In this document: one piece after another, positions 25,068 to 37,399 of the stretch
How positions within the stretch are numbered: the first letter of the stretch is position 1
Layout: each line of letters begins with the position of its first letter
Assembly (NCBI RefSeq): GCF_001194135.2
Contig: NC_068994.1
Location: forward strand, 60,256,956-60,320,955
DNA from: Octopus bimaculoides
Taxonomy: Eukaryota
Direction of reading: 5' to 3'
Length of the DNA: 64,000 bases
The notes under the pieces: model-generated
The model's database searches: none
What the model was told of the DNA's origin: nothing
What the model saw: only the letters and a program-made list of their open reading frames with translations
Translations under genes and position numbers: made by a program

Positions 25068-25515
25068 TTGTTCTTTGTGCGTGAACATAATGTGCGTGAA
25101 CGTAATGTGTGTGTGAAAGAGAGAGGGGGTGAGAGAGAGGAGGGGGCAGAGGAAAGGGGAAGAGGGGGGAGAGAAATTAACAGAAAGACATAGATATACA
25201 GATACATTTACGTTTGCATGTGTATAAAGGTATGTGTATTTTCAACTTTATGTGTGTGTGTGTTCGTTGTGCGAGTAAGAAGCAACTAACGATATACACA
25301 TAGAATTGAAGCAGACTGTCCCCCAAATACGTCCACCGCTGTCCTCCTACACACATTTACACGCCACTCTCCTCCTCTGTTCCGACGCACCATCTTTGGT
25401 AATAATGAATTGGTGAGAGACGCTGTAGAATTGTCTCCAGTTATTGCTGAGAGAATTCCATATTTTCTTTATTACTTTCCATATTTATACTTTGTTCTGT
25501 TATCATTATTGGTGC

Positions 25516-25549
<34 letters not shown>

Positions 25550-25877
25550 GGCCTTCTCTTATTTGCAGCTTTCATCAATATAGAGAACGAGGGCGCCAGT
25601 GTGTGCTGCAGGCCGTTCATATTACGCATGGATATAAACATGTACATAAATAGATGAATGTGTGTGCACAAGTGGATGTGTTTTTGGTTTGCGTCTGTGT
25701 ACGAGCAGATATATATATACATATATATANNNNNNNNNNNNNNNNNNNNNNNNNNNNNNNNNNNNNNNNNNNNNNNNNNNNNNNNNNNNNNNNNNNNNNN
25801 NNNNNNNNNNNNNNNNNNNNNNNNNNNNNNNNNNNNNNNNNNNNNNNNNNNNNNNNNNNNNNNNNNNNNNNNNNNNN

Positions 25878-25911
<34 letters not shown>

Positions 25912-26008
25912 ATTGATAGGTATGCAACATCTCGGTAAGTGAAAACGAAAGAAAATTCAACAGTTTTTGTGTTGTAAATATTTAATTTAATTGTGGAGTT
26001 GTGTATAT

Positions 26009-26400
26009 ATTAGATTGCCCGGAAAGTTCTGAGCGTTTTTAAGTTAAATCATTTAACGATTCATTGAACACACCTGAAACGTAACACAGTTAAAACTTTG
26101 GCGTTGCTTGAAGTGGAAGTGCATCTCTTCAACTCTGCATTTAGTAGAGTTACAGGCCTGAAGTTGATAAAATCACCCCTCTCCCACTTTCCGGGACTTT
26201 CTCAGTAGTACAACCGCACCACTTATCGCCGGCAAGGAATCCCCCGTTCTGTTGCCAGTTGCTGTAGACATCTGCTCGAAGCTCCCGAATGAGTGTGGAA
26301 TATGACGACAAAGCTCGTGGGGCAGATCTTTCAGCTCCATTGACCTCTCCCTCGTGCAACCAGCCATCGTGCCCCGTATTTCGTCAGCTGTTATCAGCTT
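26009..26400 (+). mobile_element. Possible Tc1/mariner remnant (TIR-like start)
   Basis: tattagattgcccggaaagttc resembles mariner TIRs; coding similarity weak. Confidence 0.35.
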
Positions 26401-27878
26401 TTCGCAGAAGTAGATGGTGGTGGTGGGAGTGGTTGTGAATAGCGGAATTGATTGTTGCTGTTGGTGCTGTTGGTGGTGGAGGTGGTGAAGATCTTAAATG
26501 TTTCAATAATAAAGAAAGGAAAGTTTGAAATGAGCACGACTGAATATTAACGTATGAAGTAAATATAACCAGAAATTTAAACCGTATTAACCGATTAAAT
26601 ATCGATCTGTCTATTGTAAGTTAAATAATCCAGGGTTTTCTATCATAACAATGTGATGGATTAATTTAAAATATGGATCAGTCATTGCGTAGGAAATTGG
26701 TTCAACAAACATCATCTGATGTAAGCCATTGTATAATGAAATGTTTTGGGCACCTGGTGTCAGCTTTGGCAGGAACTGACAGATTGTTGAGGGAGAACAC
26801 TACAAACCATATGCCATTTCTCTCTCCCTCTCTCTCACACACGAACTTTATCTCTCTCACTATCTCATTCACTCGCTCTGCCCCCCCCCTCTCTCTCTCT
26901 CTCACACACACACAACGAGATAGTTGCAGTTTCCCATCTGGGATCTACAGACTTCTTGACCCCTACGTTAGAACAACATTATAGTTAATTCAAATCTCAG
27001 ATTAAAATGAAATTTTGGATAAGTCAAACATGTAAATCTCATGCTACATGTGACCGATAAGCTAAAGTTAACCTACAAAAGTATAAAGGGAGATGGAATT
27101 CCTGTACTTGTCTCTAAAACAACGTAAGTTGACTAAAGTTGTGCCGAATAGGTGGTTGGTTTTGTCGAAACTGACTGGCACCGTTGTGGTACTGTGCCTG
27201 TCGCTAAGGGTTAGCTTTATACTAACAGCGTGAATGCAGTAAAATAGCTTAAAAGAATTCGTTGAGTTGACATATTGAACCGTTTTACACCAAGATGTCC
27301 ACCAAAGAGACATAAGAATAAATTACAGCCGATTACCTATTCAGAACAAAAGCATTAGTTCTAACGGTAAAATAATTAGAATGCTGAGGTTGATTATAGA
27401 ACAAAAATATAATTGGAACAGAGACAATGAATAATTTTACGCACTGGAAAAAAATTTTTTATACTTCAATAAAAGTAATGATGACGTCACGAATCACAGA
27501 GGCTGATGAACCAGGCTGATGACATAAAACTTATTGTCGATGACAGTCGATCGCAGATAAACTTCTATAAAATAGGGAATTGTAACATTGCTAAGAATTC
27601 TGTTTAGCGAAATACTGAAAATGTCAGCAGGAGATAAGAATTTTCTATTGCGTGGTTGAAAGCTCAGTGCTGTATGGATTTAGCCCTTCTTTCATTGATT
27701 AAAAATCAAAGTTCTATATATTGATACACTCAAGTATCTACAGCACTCTTCCTGTACAAACGGCGAGTCACATTCACAAAAACTGTATAATACACATTCA
27801 ATATAATAGTAATAATGAGAAGGCAACTGCGGTGAGAGAATACAGAGAAATTATATATATATTTATATATATATATAT

Positions 27879-28040
27879 ATACGACGAGCTTCTTTCAGTT
27901 TCCGTCTACCAAATCCACCCACAATACTTTGGTCGGCTCGAGACTATAGTAGAAGAAACTTGCCCAAGGTACCATGCAGTGGGACAGAACCCGGAACTAT
28001 GTATGGTTGGGAAGCAACCACACAGCCAGGCCTACGCCTA
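27879..28040 (-). mobile_element. SINE family B
   Basis: Reverse complement of the 51387 copy (acgacgagcttctttcagtttccgtctaccaaatcc...). Confidence 0.85.
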
Positions 28041-30329
28041 TATATATATATATATANNNNNNNNNNNNNNNNNNNNNNNNNNNNNNNNNNNNNNNNNNNN
28101 NNNNNNNNNNNNNNNNNNNNNNNNNNNNNNNNNNNNNNNNNNNNNNNNNNNNNNNNNNNNNNNNNNNNNNNNNNNNNNNNNNNNNNNNNNNNNNNNNNNN
28201 NNNNNNNNNNNNNNNNNNNNNNNNNNNNNNNNNNNNNNNNNNNNNNNNNNNNNNNNNNNNNNNNNNNNNNNNNNNNNNNNNNNNNNNNNNNNNNNNNNNN
28301 NNNNNNNNNNNNNNNNNNNNNNNNNNNNNNNNNNNNNNNNNNNNNNNNNNNNNNNNNNNNNNNNNNNNNNNNNNNNNNNNNNNNNNNNNNNNNNNNNNNN
28401 NNNNNNNNNNNNNNNNNNNNNNNNNNNNNNNNNNNNNNNNNNNNNNNNNNNNNNNNNNNNNNNNNNNNNNNNNNNNNNNNNNNNNNNNNNNNNNNNNNNN
28501 NNNNNNNNNNNNNNNNNNNNNNNNNNNNNNNNNNNNNNNNNNNNNNNNNNNNNNNNNNNNNNNNNNNNNNNNNNNNNNNNNNNNNNNNNNNNNNNNNNNN
28601 NNNNNNNNNNNNNNNNNNNNNNNNNNNNNNNNNNNNNNNNNNNNNNNNNNNNNNNNNNNNNNNNNNNNNNNNNNNNNNNNNNNNNNNNNNNNNNNNNNNN
28701 NNNNNNNNNNNNNNNNNNNNNNNNNNNNNNNNNNNNNNNNNNNNNNNNNNNNNNNNNNNNNNNNNNNNNNNNNNNNNNNNNNNNNNNNNNNNNNNNNNNN
28801 NNNNNNNNNNNNNNNNNNNNNNNNNNNNNNNNNNNNNNNNNNNNNNNNNNNNNNNNNNNNNNNNNNNNNNNNNNNNNNNNNNNNNNNNNNNNNNNNNNNN
28901 NNNNNNNNNNNNNNNNNNNNNNNNNNNNNNNNNNNNNNNNNNNNNNNNNNNNNNNNNNNNNNNNNNNNNNNNNNNNNNNNNNNNNNNNNNNNNNNNNNNN
29001 NNNNNNNNNNNNNNNNNNNNNNNTGCATTAAGTAAATAAGAAAGGAAACGAGCTGAAAGAGAAGAGTGACGAAGAATAGAATAGAAGACCGAAAATGACA
29101 ACCATAGAATATTTAGAGTGAAAGGGTTGGAGGAGAAAGTTGCGGGGGTGGGGTGGAGGCGAAGTTATTGGTTTGAATTGCTTGAAATAACCGTGGGATA
29201 TTTAATCATAGACTCTGAGAGAAGGAATATCAAGTTAACTATCTTCCTGTCCATGTTCCCTCAGCTTAAATGAACGAAAGATACCTTCCTGGCGAATGAT
29301 TCATCTATCCGGACATTTGGGAAGAAGACGCAAAGCAAATGGCAAGCGGACAGTGAGGTAGGGGAAGGTGGGTGGTAGGTGGTGGGTGGAGCGAAAAATG
29401 ATTGGATCTGATGATCGGTTAAATTAAGTCATCATCAGTCGTGGAATAACAATGACAAGACTTTGGATGATAACGAAAGAAAAGGTTGAGGTGTAGGAAA
29501 GAGCGATACAGAAGAGAAACGATGGAAGAAAAGGAAGAAAAAATAGGAGAGAAAAGCAGAGTGAAACTGATCGACAAAGAATATGAAACGAGGAGGCGGA
29601 GAAATGAGGGAAGAAGAAGGGAGGAGGAAGAAGAAGAAGAAACGCCGTAGCGAGTTCCAAGCGACAAACGCACCGTCGTAGTTGTTTTTCTAAGAGAACA
29701 CTTATTTAAGAGAGCGACAGAAAGGGAGATCATTCTGCGAAAGGACTGTAGCTTTCTCAAATTAGTTATTGGACATTAATGTTGATTTCAGAGATTATAT
29801 TTTCCCCAATATTATCTAACTGGGCATTGGCCCGAGGCATAGGTTTTGAAGAATTCTTATGTTAACGCACATACACACGCCACAAACGTGCGCGCATGTG
29901 TATAGATAGATAGATAGATAATAGAGCGATAGATAGATAGAGCGATAGATAGATAGAGCGATAGATAGATAGAGCGATAGATAGATAGAGCGATAGATAG
30001 GTATTTGGCACAGCTTTACTCAATTTACGTTGTTTTAGAGAAAAGTACAATTACATCTTCCAATATACTTTATATTTTAACAAATTCTCAAACTTTGTGA
30101 TTCCTCATGAAACCATTTGACTTTTCATTTTTAGTTTCGATTTCTACTACAGCTTCAGATGCCAACTGACTTAACAACCATTATACCATAGATAAACACA
30201 CAGACTATCATTTCGTTTCTGCTCCAAGCTTTATGCTTTCTATTCAATCGATTTACACATCTAAGTATCCTTAGATGAAAACAAGCAATGTTAAATCTCT
30301 GAACGATGTATAAACAGTAACTGCACGAC

Positions 30330-30629
30330 AACGTGAAGTATATTTGCCACTTAAATGCGGCACTGGAAAAAGTATATATGTATTTGCATTGGGACGCCTT
30401 CGCATCGAAGATTGGTGATTGTCGTCCGCTGACGAAGGGTAAATACCCAGAAACTCGAGTCCGTGCGTATCACGTCAGATCAAGATGGGAAGGATGACTT
30501 CCCTTTGCAAATGCCGACAGGGCACAGATGTGTGTCAATAGCCAGCTGGAGGAGATGTTCTCCTGGGGCTAAAAGCAACATTCACCCTTAGTGTTTAGCC
30601 GCATTTAAGTGGCGAATATACTTCACGTT
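30330..30629. mobile_element. 300-bp element bounded by 32-bp terminal inverted repeats (MITE-like)
   Basis: 30330-30361 aacgtgaagtatatttgccacttaaatgcggc vs 30598-30629 gccgcatttaagtggcgaatatacttcacgtt: 31/32 reverse-complement match. Confidence 0.8.
30423..30467 (+). ncRNA. Minimal type I hammerhead ribozyme motif
   Basis: cgtccg-CTGACGA-A-GGGT-aaat-ACCC-A-GAAA-CTCGA-GTC-cgtgcg; palindromic stem III ACTCGAGT; GUC triplet at 30459-30461; stem I 5/6 pairs. Confidence 0.65.
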
Positions 30630-30910
30630 ATATATATATATATATATATATATGTACTGAAGTATTTGTATGTATGCGTATACATATATATGTATATATA
30701 TACACCTATATATGTATGTATACACATATGTATAATACATACATACACATGTTTATGCATATACACACAAACATATATATCCATATGTATATATAATTAT
30801 GTACACATATGTGTGTCTGTGTGTGTAAATCAGAACATAATTTATCAATTGCATTTGTATGCAAACACAAAAAGTAACTTTTGCTGCCAAATAGGCTGTT
30901 TACAGATGTA

Positions 30911-30998
<88 letters not shown>

Positions 30999-31011
30999 CG
31001 TATGTATGTAA

Positions 31012-31051
<40 letters not shown>

Positions 31052-31478
31052 TCTTGCATGCAAAGTTGTATGTGTGTGTATTCAGTGAGAGAGAGAGAAA
31101 CAAAGAGATAGAGAGAGACTTATTTAAGTGTATATCCATGCTTGCGTGCGCGTGTATACGTGTGTGTGAATGTGTTTGATAAGACACATCCCATGTGTAG
31201 AGTGGACGAGGGAATTAAGCTAAATTCAATAATGTTTTCTGATCGATCTTCGATTTGCACTGAAGTCACTCTCACTCGAATGTTGAGGGACGACTAAGTT
31301 GTTGTTGATGAAGAATCGTTCCAGCCGTAACCATCTATCCTTTTTTGTATTTTCTATGATGTCAGTGTTCAGCCTATCCTTTCTTCAAGATGGTGGCATT
31401 GGCAGTTGATAGAGATTTCGTTGCCACATCTAACAGGTCAAGCGACTATAATGAGGTCATTTCATTGATTCCTGTTCT

Positions 31479-31537
<59 letters not shown>

Positions 31538-33339
31538 TGTTGCTGCTGCTGCTGTTGTTTGCTGTGAGCGGACAAGTATACAAAACTCAAGCTTGGAACG
31601 TGATTTTTACCAGATTACCAAATAAAAAAATATTTCTTTGATTCTTTTCACTAATAGAAAGGTCTTTCGGAATATTTAAACTTCTCTCCCATTTCCTGGG
31701 GAGAGGAATAGCTAAACATTGTCCCTAACTGTATTTAAAGTTTTACACAGTAGCCATTTGTACTGTTTGTAGTTCAGAATGCCCGCCTGTGTGGTGGCAG
31801 GGACAAATTCTAACCACAACAAAAGCAAACGTCTCAACATTGAATACAACCAGCGAATTTTGTAAATACAAAAACGAACTTCAAAAATATAAATAGAAAA
31901 CTTGACAATGTAGCAGGCAGTCACGGTTTCAAACACAAACGTTGGTAATTATAAATTTAAAGCGAGAGAAAATGATAAAACATTGACGTAAATGACAAAA
32001 AAACTTTAAACCGTAACGGAAGCACCATCACAAACAACTGTTCTTTTACTAGCGTAGCTAATTAATGGGTTGTAATAGACTTGAGTAATGTTCAGGGAAA
32101 ACAAAAATGTAGGAGGGTTATGGCAAGAAGGAAGGGCCTCTTTACTCGAAACTGTTATCCAAGAACGATCTAAAAGGAAGTCGATATAACTTTGTTTTAC
32201 CAGAATGGAGTTGAGGGTGCGCTGTTCGCAGTCTTGCAAGATGCATTTCCTTAAAACAAAATATATAGAACTATCTGCTTGTTATTTATAACTGACAATG
32301 ATGTGAGAAGGACAGCAGAGGTCGTATGCCACTTTTTTGCCTCTTGGATAATGCCGCAATACAATGGCAGGGTGGTACTATGGCATTTTATCAGGCTACT
32401 TTGCATTGACACATATTTTCGTCGAAATGACTTCTTTTTTATCAAAACGAATCTTCACAGAATATTTTTGTACATTTAACACTTTATAGAATTTTGTTTC
32501 TCAACAGTAACCCGATTATCCTGTTGACATCAAATTTTGAGATCAACCAATCAGGCTATACGATACAAAATTCATTAGATCTTCTAGGTCTGGTCGATAA
32601 CGATTATTTCTGCTTATAATCGAGATGAAGTCTGCGTTGAGTAGAAGGGTAGCCCATAGTTTTTTTTAGAAGTAAGCAACAAAATGATGTCAACGATGTC
32701 GTATATTGAAGATATGGAACGTACTCAATATGCAGAAGGCGAATATCTATTGATAGGAATGAAATTCAGAATCAGCCAACTTAACCTCAATTACACATCG
32801 AAGCAAAAACGACAGAATAGAAAATGCAGGTTGCAGCTGATCATTGACTTCTTGGTGTAAGCATGAGGTTTCAGTGATCTAATGAGTTAGCTTCCATTTC
32901 TTGCATTCATTTGTGAGCATAGAATTATGCTGAAATTATTATGCTGAAATGAAAGTATTATGCTGAAATGACATATTAATGCAAACAAAGTATGTTTAGC
33001 CGCATAATTTCTTCAATATTAAGAAGAATACATGAAAAAGACTACGAAACAGCCGTAACCCTATGGACGTCGCGTGGATAAATAAATATATATTCAGATC
33101 TCATACTTTCTGACTTTGTGGGTTTTTGTACTCCTCATGAAATATCTTCATCGAACGGATCTTCTGAACTTTCAGTTCCATGGACACTCTACAGTACACT
33201 TCTTTGTAACTGATTATTATGTGGACTGATAGCTGAGGTCCGTAAGAGGAGCTTACTGTGACGGCCGCAAAATTATCTGAATTCACATCTTAAACTATTC
33301 ATTTATGTATGCATGTATGTATGTATGTATGTATGTATG

Positions 33340-33371
<32 letters not shown>

Positions 33372-34216
33372 CGCGCGTGACTGTGTGTGTGTGTTTGTTT
33401 GTTTGTTTGCGTGGCTTTCTACGCTATAGTAAACAATAGCAGACCACAGACGTCTGCTCCATATTTCTGCATCCTCAACAACACCTGTCCACTTTCTGTA
33501 GGGAGAGTGGCTGCAAGATAGAAAAGTGAGATCGATACCCACCCTACCTCAGCTTTCACATAGCATCACTCACAACATCGAGCTCTAATCATTAACACAA
33601 ACACAAACACCACCACCAACAACACCACTGCTAGGGGCACCACCTACACAATCCACATCTCACGATAATCACATGAATATCACTAATATCTACCTTACCG
33701 ATCATTAATCCCCTGCTGCTGCTGCTACTACTGCTACTACTACCTTTCAAACTCGTTATAACTCTTAACACAAGATTTTTCTCCCCACCACCACCCTCTC
33801 TTATTAAACCCTCTACCACCACCACCGCGACCACCGTTATAATCATCACTATTAANNNNNNNNNNNNNNNNNNNNNNNNNNNNNNNNNNNNNNNNNNNNN
33901 NNNNNNNNNNNNNNNNNNNNNNNNNNNNNNNNNNNNNNNNNNNNNNNNNNNNNNNNNNNNNNNNNNNNNNNNNNNNNNNNNNNNNNNNNNNNNNNNNNNN
34001 NNNNNNNCATTCACACCTGCAACTTCAAACACTGCCACCACCCATACCACCACCACCACCACCACAAACTCGCACACACGCATACAATGACATACTCACG
34101 CGCGCATTTACCACCCTACCCCTAGACAACACCCCCCAGAAATTCAACATAGCCACCGCCGTCACCACCACCACCACCACCATCAGCGCCGCCCCACCAA
34201 TCGATAACAAAGCTAA

Positions 34217-34304
34217 TCAAAGACGGAAAATGGCAAGAGACAATGGCAGCGAAAGGAGACGGCAGCCATCATAGACTTCGGATCAATACTGTCACAGCCA
34301 TTGC
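34217..34304 (+). repeat. 88-bp arm of a perfect inverted duplication (partner 43197-43284)
   Basis: Base-by-base reverse-complement identity. Confidence 0.95.
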
Positions 34305-34350
34305 TGCTGCTGCTGCTGCTGATGTTGTTGTTGTTGTTATTGTAGTAGTT

Positions 34351-34383
<33 letters not shown>

Positions 34384-34636
34384 ATAGTAGTAGTAGTAGT
34401 AGTAGTAGTAGTTTGTTTTGTTGGTGTTGTTGTTGTTGGTGTTGTTGCTGCTCTTCTTCTGTTGATGGTGGCGGCGGGAGTGGTAGCGGTGGTGATACTA
34501 TCCAAGTTGCTGCTGTAGGTCAATACGTTGATGATGATGGTGATGACGATGACGATAATGATGATGATGAGGAGGAGGAGGAGAAGGAAGCGGAGGGGGA
34601 GATCGAGGACGGAGAGGAGGATTGTTACGAACAGGC

Positions 34637-34670
<34 letters not shown>

Positions 34671-35411
34671 ACTACTGTTTGACGGATGTAGTGGTGTTGG
34701 TGTTGCTGTTGTTGTTAACGGTGGTGATAGTAGTGGCGGCTGTAGTTGTTGGTGTTGTGTTGGGGGTAGTATTTCCCGCGCTGCTGCTGCTGCTCATAGT
34801 TTTCCATTTCCATTGATGTTAACAATATTGCTTTTGCGTTGTTATGATTGTTATTGTTGTAGTTGTTGATATTACAAGCTGCAATTATTATTGTTTTTGT
34901 TGTTCAATTTGCGGCTGCCTTACTATTATTTCCAGATTGCCGCCCCTAGTGACATACTTTGTTCTCAACATCATCGTTAGGGGGCGCACCACCTGATTTT
35001 CATAAGTTAGTGGAGAAAAAAAAATGGAAGAAAGCACTTAAGGAAGTAAAACATGTTTAAACATTCATCGATGTGTACAACACACATTCACGAACTCACG
35101 CACATACACATAACGCACACAACACACACAAACACACATGTACACATGTACACACACACACGTACACGCACGCACGCGCGCGCACATACAAACCTTAGCA
35201 TAAACATCAGAAATGCGTAAATGAGATGAGGGTGGATGGGCAGAATCTGTTTAGGATGAAGGGCGAATTTCAAGCGCTGAGAACTTGTAGGAATCTATTC
35301 GTACAAGTTTTTAATCTTTAGTCTTTAATTTTACAAATTTCTATGAAACTTTGTATTAAGTAACTGTTTAAGTCTTCGGGTTTACATAAGATACATACAT
35401 ACATACAACAA

Positions 35412-36432
35412 CAAAACAATATCCCACAATGAATTTGCAGTACCGGTGTTGATCCCAACATTTGATTGGTCTGTAGAGGAAATCCACTCCATAGATATCA
35501 AAACTCACAAAATTCTGACAACTGGGAACTTCCACAGAAACAGTGATGTTGACAGGCTCTACCTAAGAAGAAATGAAGGTGGCGGAGGCCTGAGATCAGT
35601 GCAAACAGCCTTCGAATGTCATATGGTATCACTCAGGCGGCACCTGCTGAACAACAGCAGCAAAAATAAACATATTAATGCAATGCTGAAAAGTGAAGTG
35701 AGCAACGTTGTACGAGTTGGCAGTGAACTCCTCAAGAAACACTCTCTTCCTGAGATCTCCTATACAGCCCCAAAACAGCTGGGCTCTCTTACCTCAGAGA
35801 AGATCTGGATGGAAAGCACTCGGCATACAAAAAAAAAAAGACTATGCATGGGTATGTTGCCCAGAAGCTTGAAGAAGACAGAATTGACACAAGTGCAGCC
35901 TCTCTTGGACACAAGACCACTACATCACATCACACTTTGGAGGCTATGCATTTGCAATCCAGGAATAGGAGATTGCCACAAAGTACCTGGTGAACAAGAG
36001 AGACAATGAGGCTCTTGTAATCCCAAGGTGCAACATCATGTGTAGGCTGTGTCATGTTTCTGTGGAAGACATTACCCATGTGATTAGCAACTGTCCTAAA
36101 ATGTCACGGTACTACGTTCCTATGCGGCACGATGTTGTCACTAATACAATTTATAATGTCATCCGCAAAAAAGACTTTCCTGAAATAAACTTAGAAAAAC
36201 CAACTGCTATGGAATACGTTCATAAGCCAACTCAAGGAATACTGGTGGAATATTCCCGTCAAATCATTTGTCAAATGTAAACATAACAGGCCGGATATTG
36301 TTGTTTGGGACAGCGGGGTAAAGGTATGTACCATCATAGAGGTCAGCTGCCCTACAGATATAAATATCTCTTCGAAAATAAAGAAAAAGAAGACATCTAT
36401 GGACAACTGCTTCGATACCTCCAGCTTCTATA
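35412..36432 (+). mobile_element. R4-clade RLE non-LTR fragment ((CATA)n-associated lineage)
   Basis: HNEFAVPVLIPTF, GNFHRNSDVDRLYLRRNEGGGGL, CRLCHVSVEDITHVISNCPKMS..YYVPMRHDVV (zinc knuckle), HNRPDIVVWD..CTIIEVSCP (RLE); 5' junction abuts (CATA)n. Confidence 0.88.
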
Positions 36433-36719
36433 ACCGAAAAAAAGTAAAAAGACGAAAATATTGAAAGTCGAAAACTAATCTCCTCTGTGACCCTTCCTTG
36501 ATATCACTTGTTTCACTGTAACTAGTGTTTGCAGTATTTAACATTCTTGCACCAAGTTTGAGAATGTATCTTCTTTTGTTAGTCTGTTGGAATCCAGTAA
36601 TATTTCGAAATCTAGTTTTATCCTCACCTAACAACTCTCTCAGAGTTGTTAAAAAGAAAAAAAAAAAAGGCCAAAAGATGGATAAGTAGTTACCCAAATA
36701 GAAAAAAAAAGGATACTAA

Positions 36720-37345
36720 TGAAAAATTGCGATCTTAAGAAAGGCATAAGTAAACTGGATCAGCGAAAGCTAGGAAATTAAAAGAAAAAAAACAGAAAGA
36801 TAGGTTAGAAGAAATGTTTCAGGTAAAAAGAGGCAAAGAACTGGAAGAACGATTGAAGAACTAAAGCAGAAGGTAAAGACAAAAGATTACTTAATCAGAA
36901 ATTACGACGAAAAATCCAACCAATAGCAAAATTACATCTTTTAATCAAACCAGAGACATCTGTTTTCGAGGGAGATGAGAGTAATGATAAGAAAAGACCG
37001 AATTCTGAAGAAAACAAGCTTTTTGTGGGAGAAAGTAGAAAGAAAAAATGCTAAGCACCGTAATAAAAGTAAAATGGATAAAATTAGAGAGAAAATGTTG
37101 TGGTGTAGAAGGATGTTAGCATCAGGAAAGTATATACTGGAAATAATTAAAAAGAAAGGTAAGAGAAAAGAAAGCAGACGACCAGAGCTGGTCCATGGCA
37201 GACGACCATAATTAGTCCATGGTTACTGGTTGAAAGAGTTTACGAGTCTCCATGAAACGATTGTGATGCAGCTATATGTCAATGATGTATGTATTACCGT
37301 GGTTAACAAAAGGAAGAAGATCCCTAACACTGAAAGACAAGGAAA
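36720..37345 (+). mobile_element. R4/Dong-type non-LTR fragment (pre-RT to RT domain 0), highly decayed
   Basis: TIEELKQKVK, NQRHLF, LVHGYWLKEFTSLHETIVMQL, PWLTKGRRSLTLKDK. Confidence 0.75.
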
Positions 37346-37399
37346 CTGCTGACACTAAGCAAGACGCACCACCCAAAATCAGACGATCACAGCATAGAG

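Noticed and set aside
27721-29101. Long ORFs of 300-430 aa here and at 5305-6445 and 43051-44259
   Set aside because: Almost entirely X from N gaps
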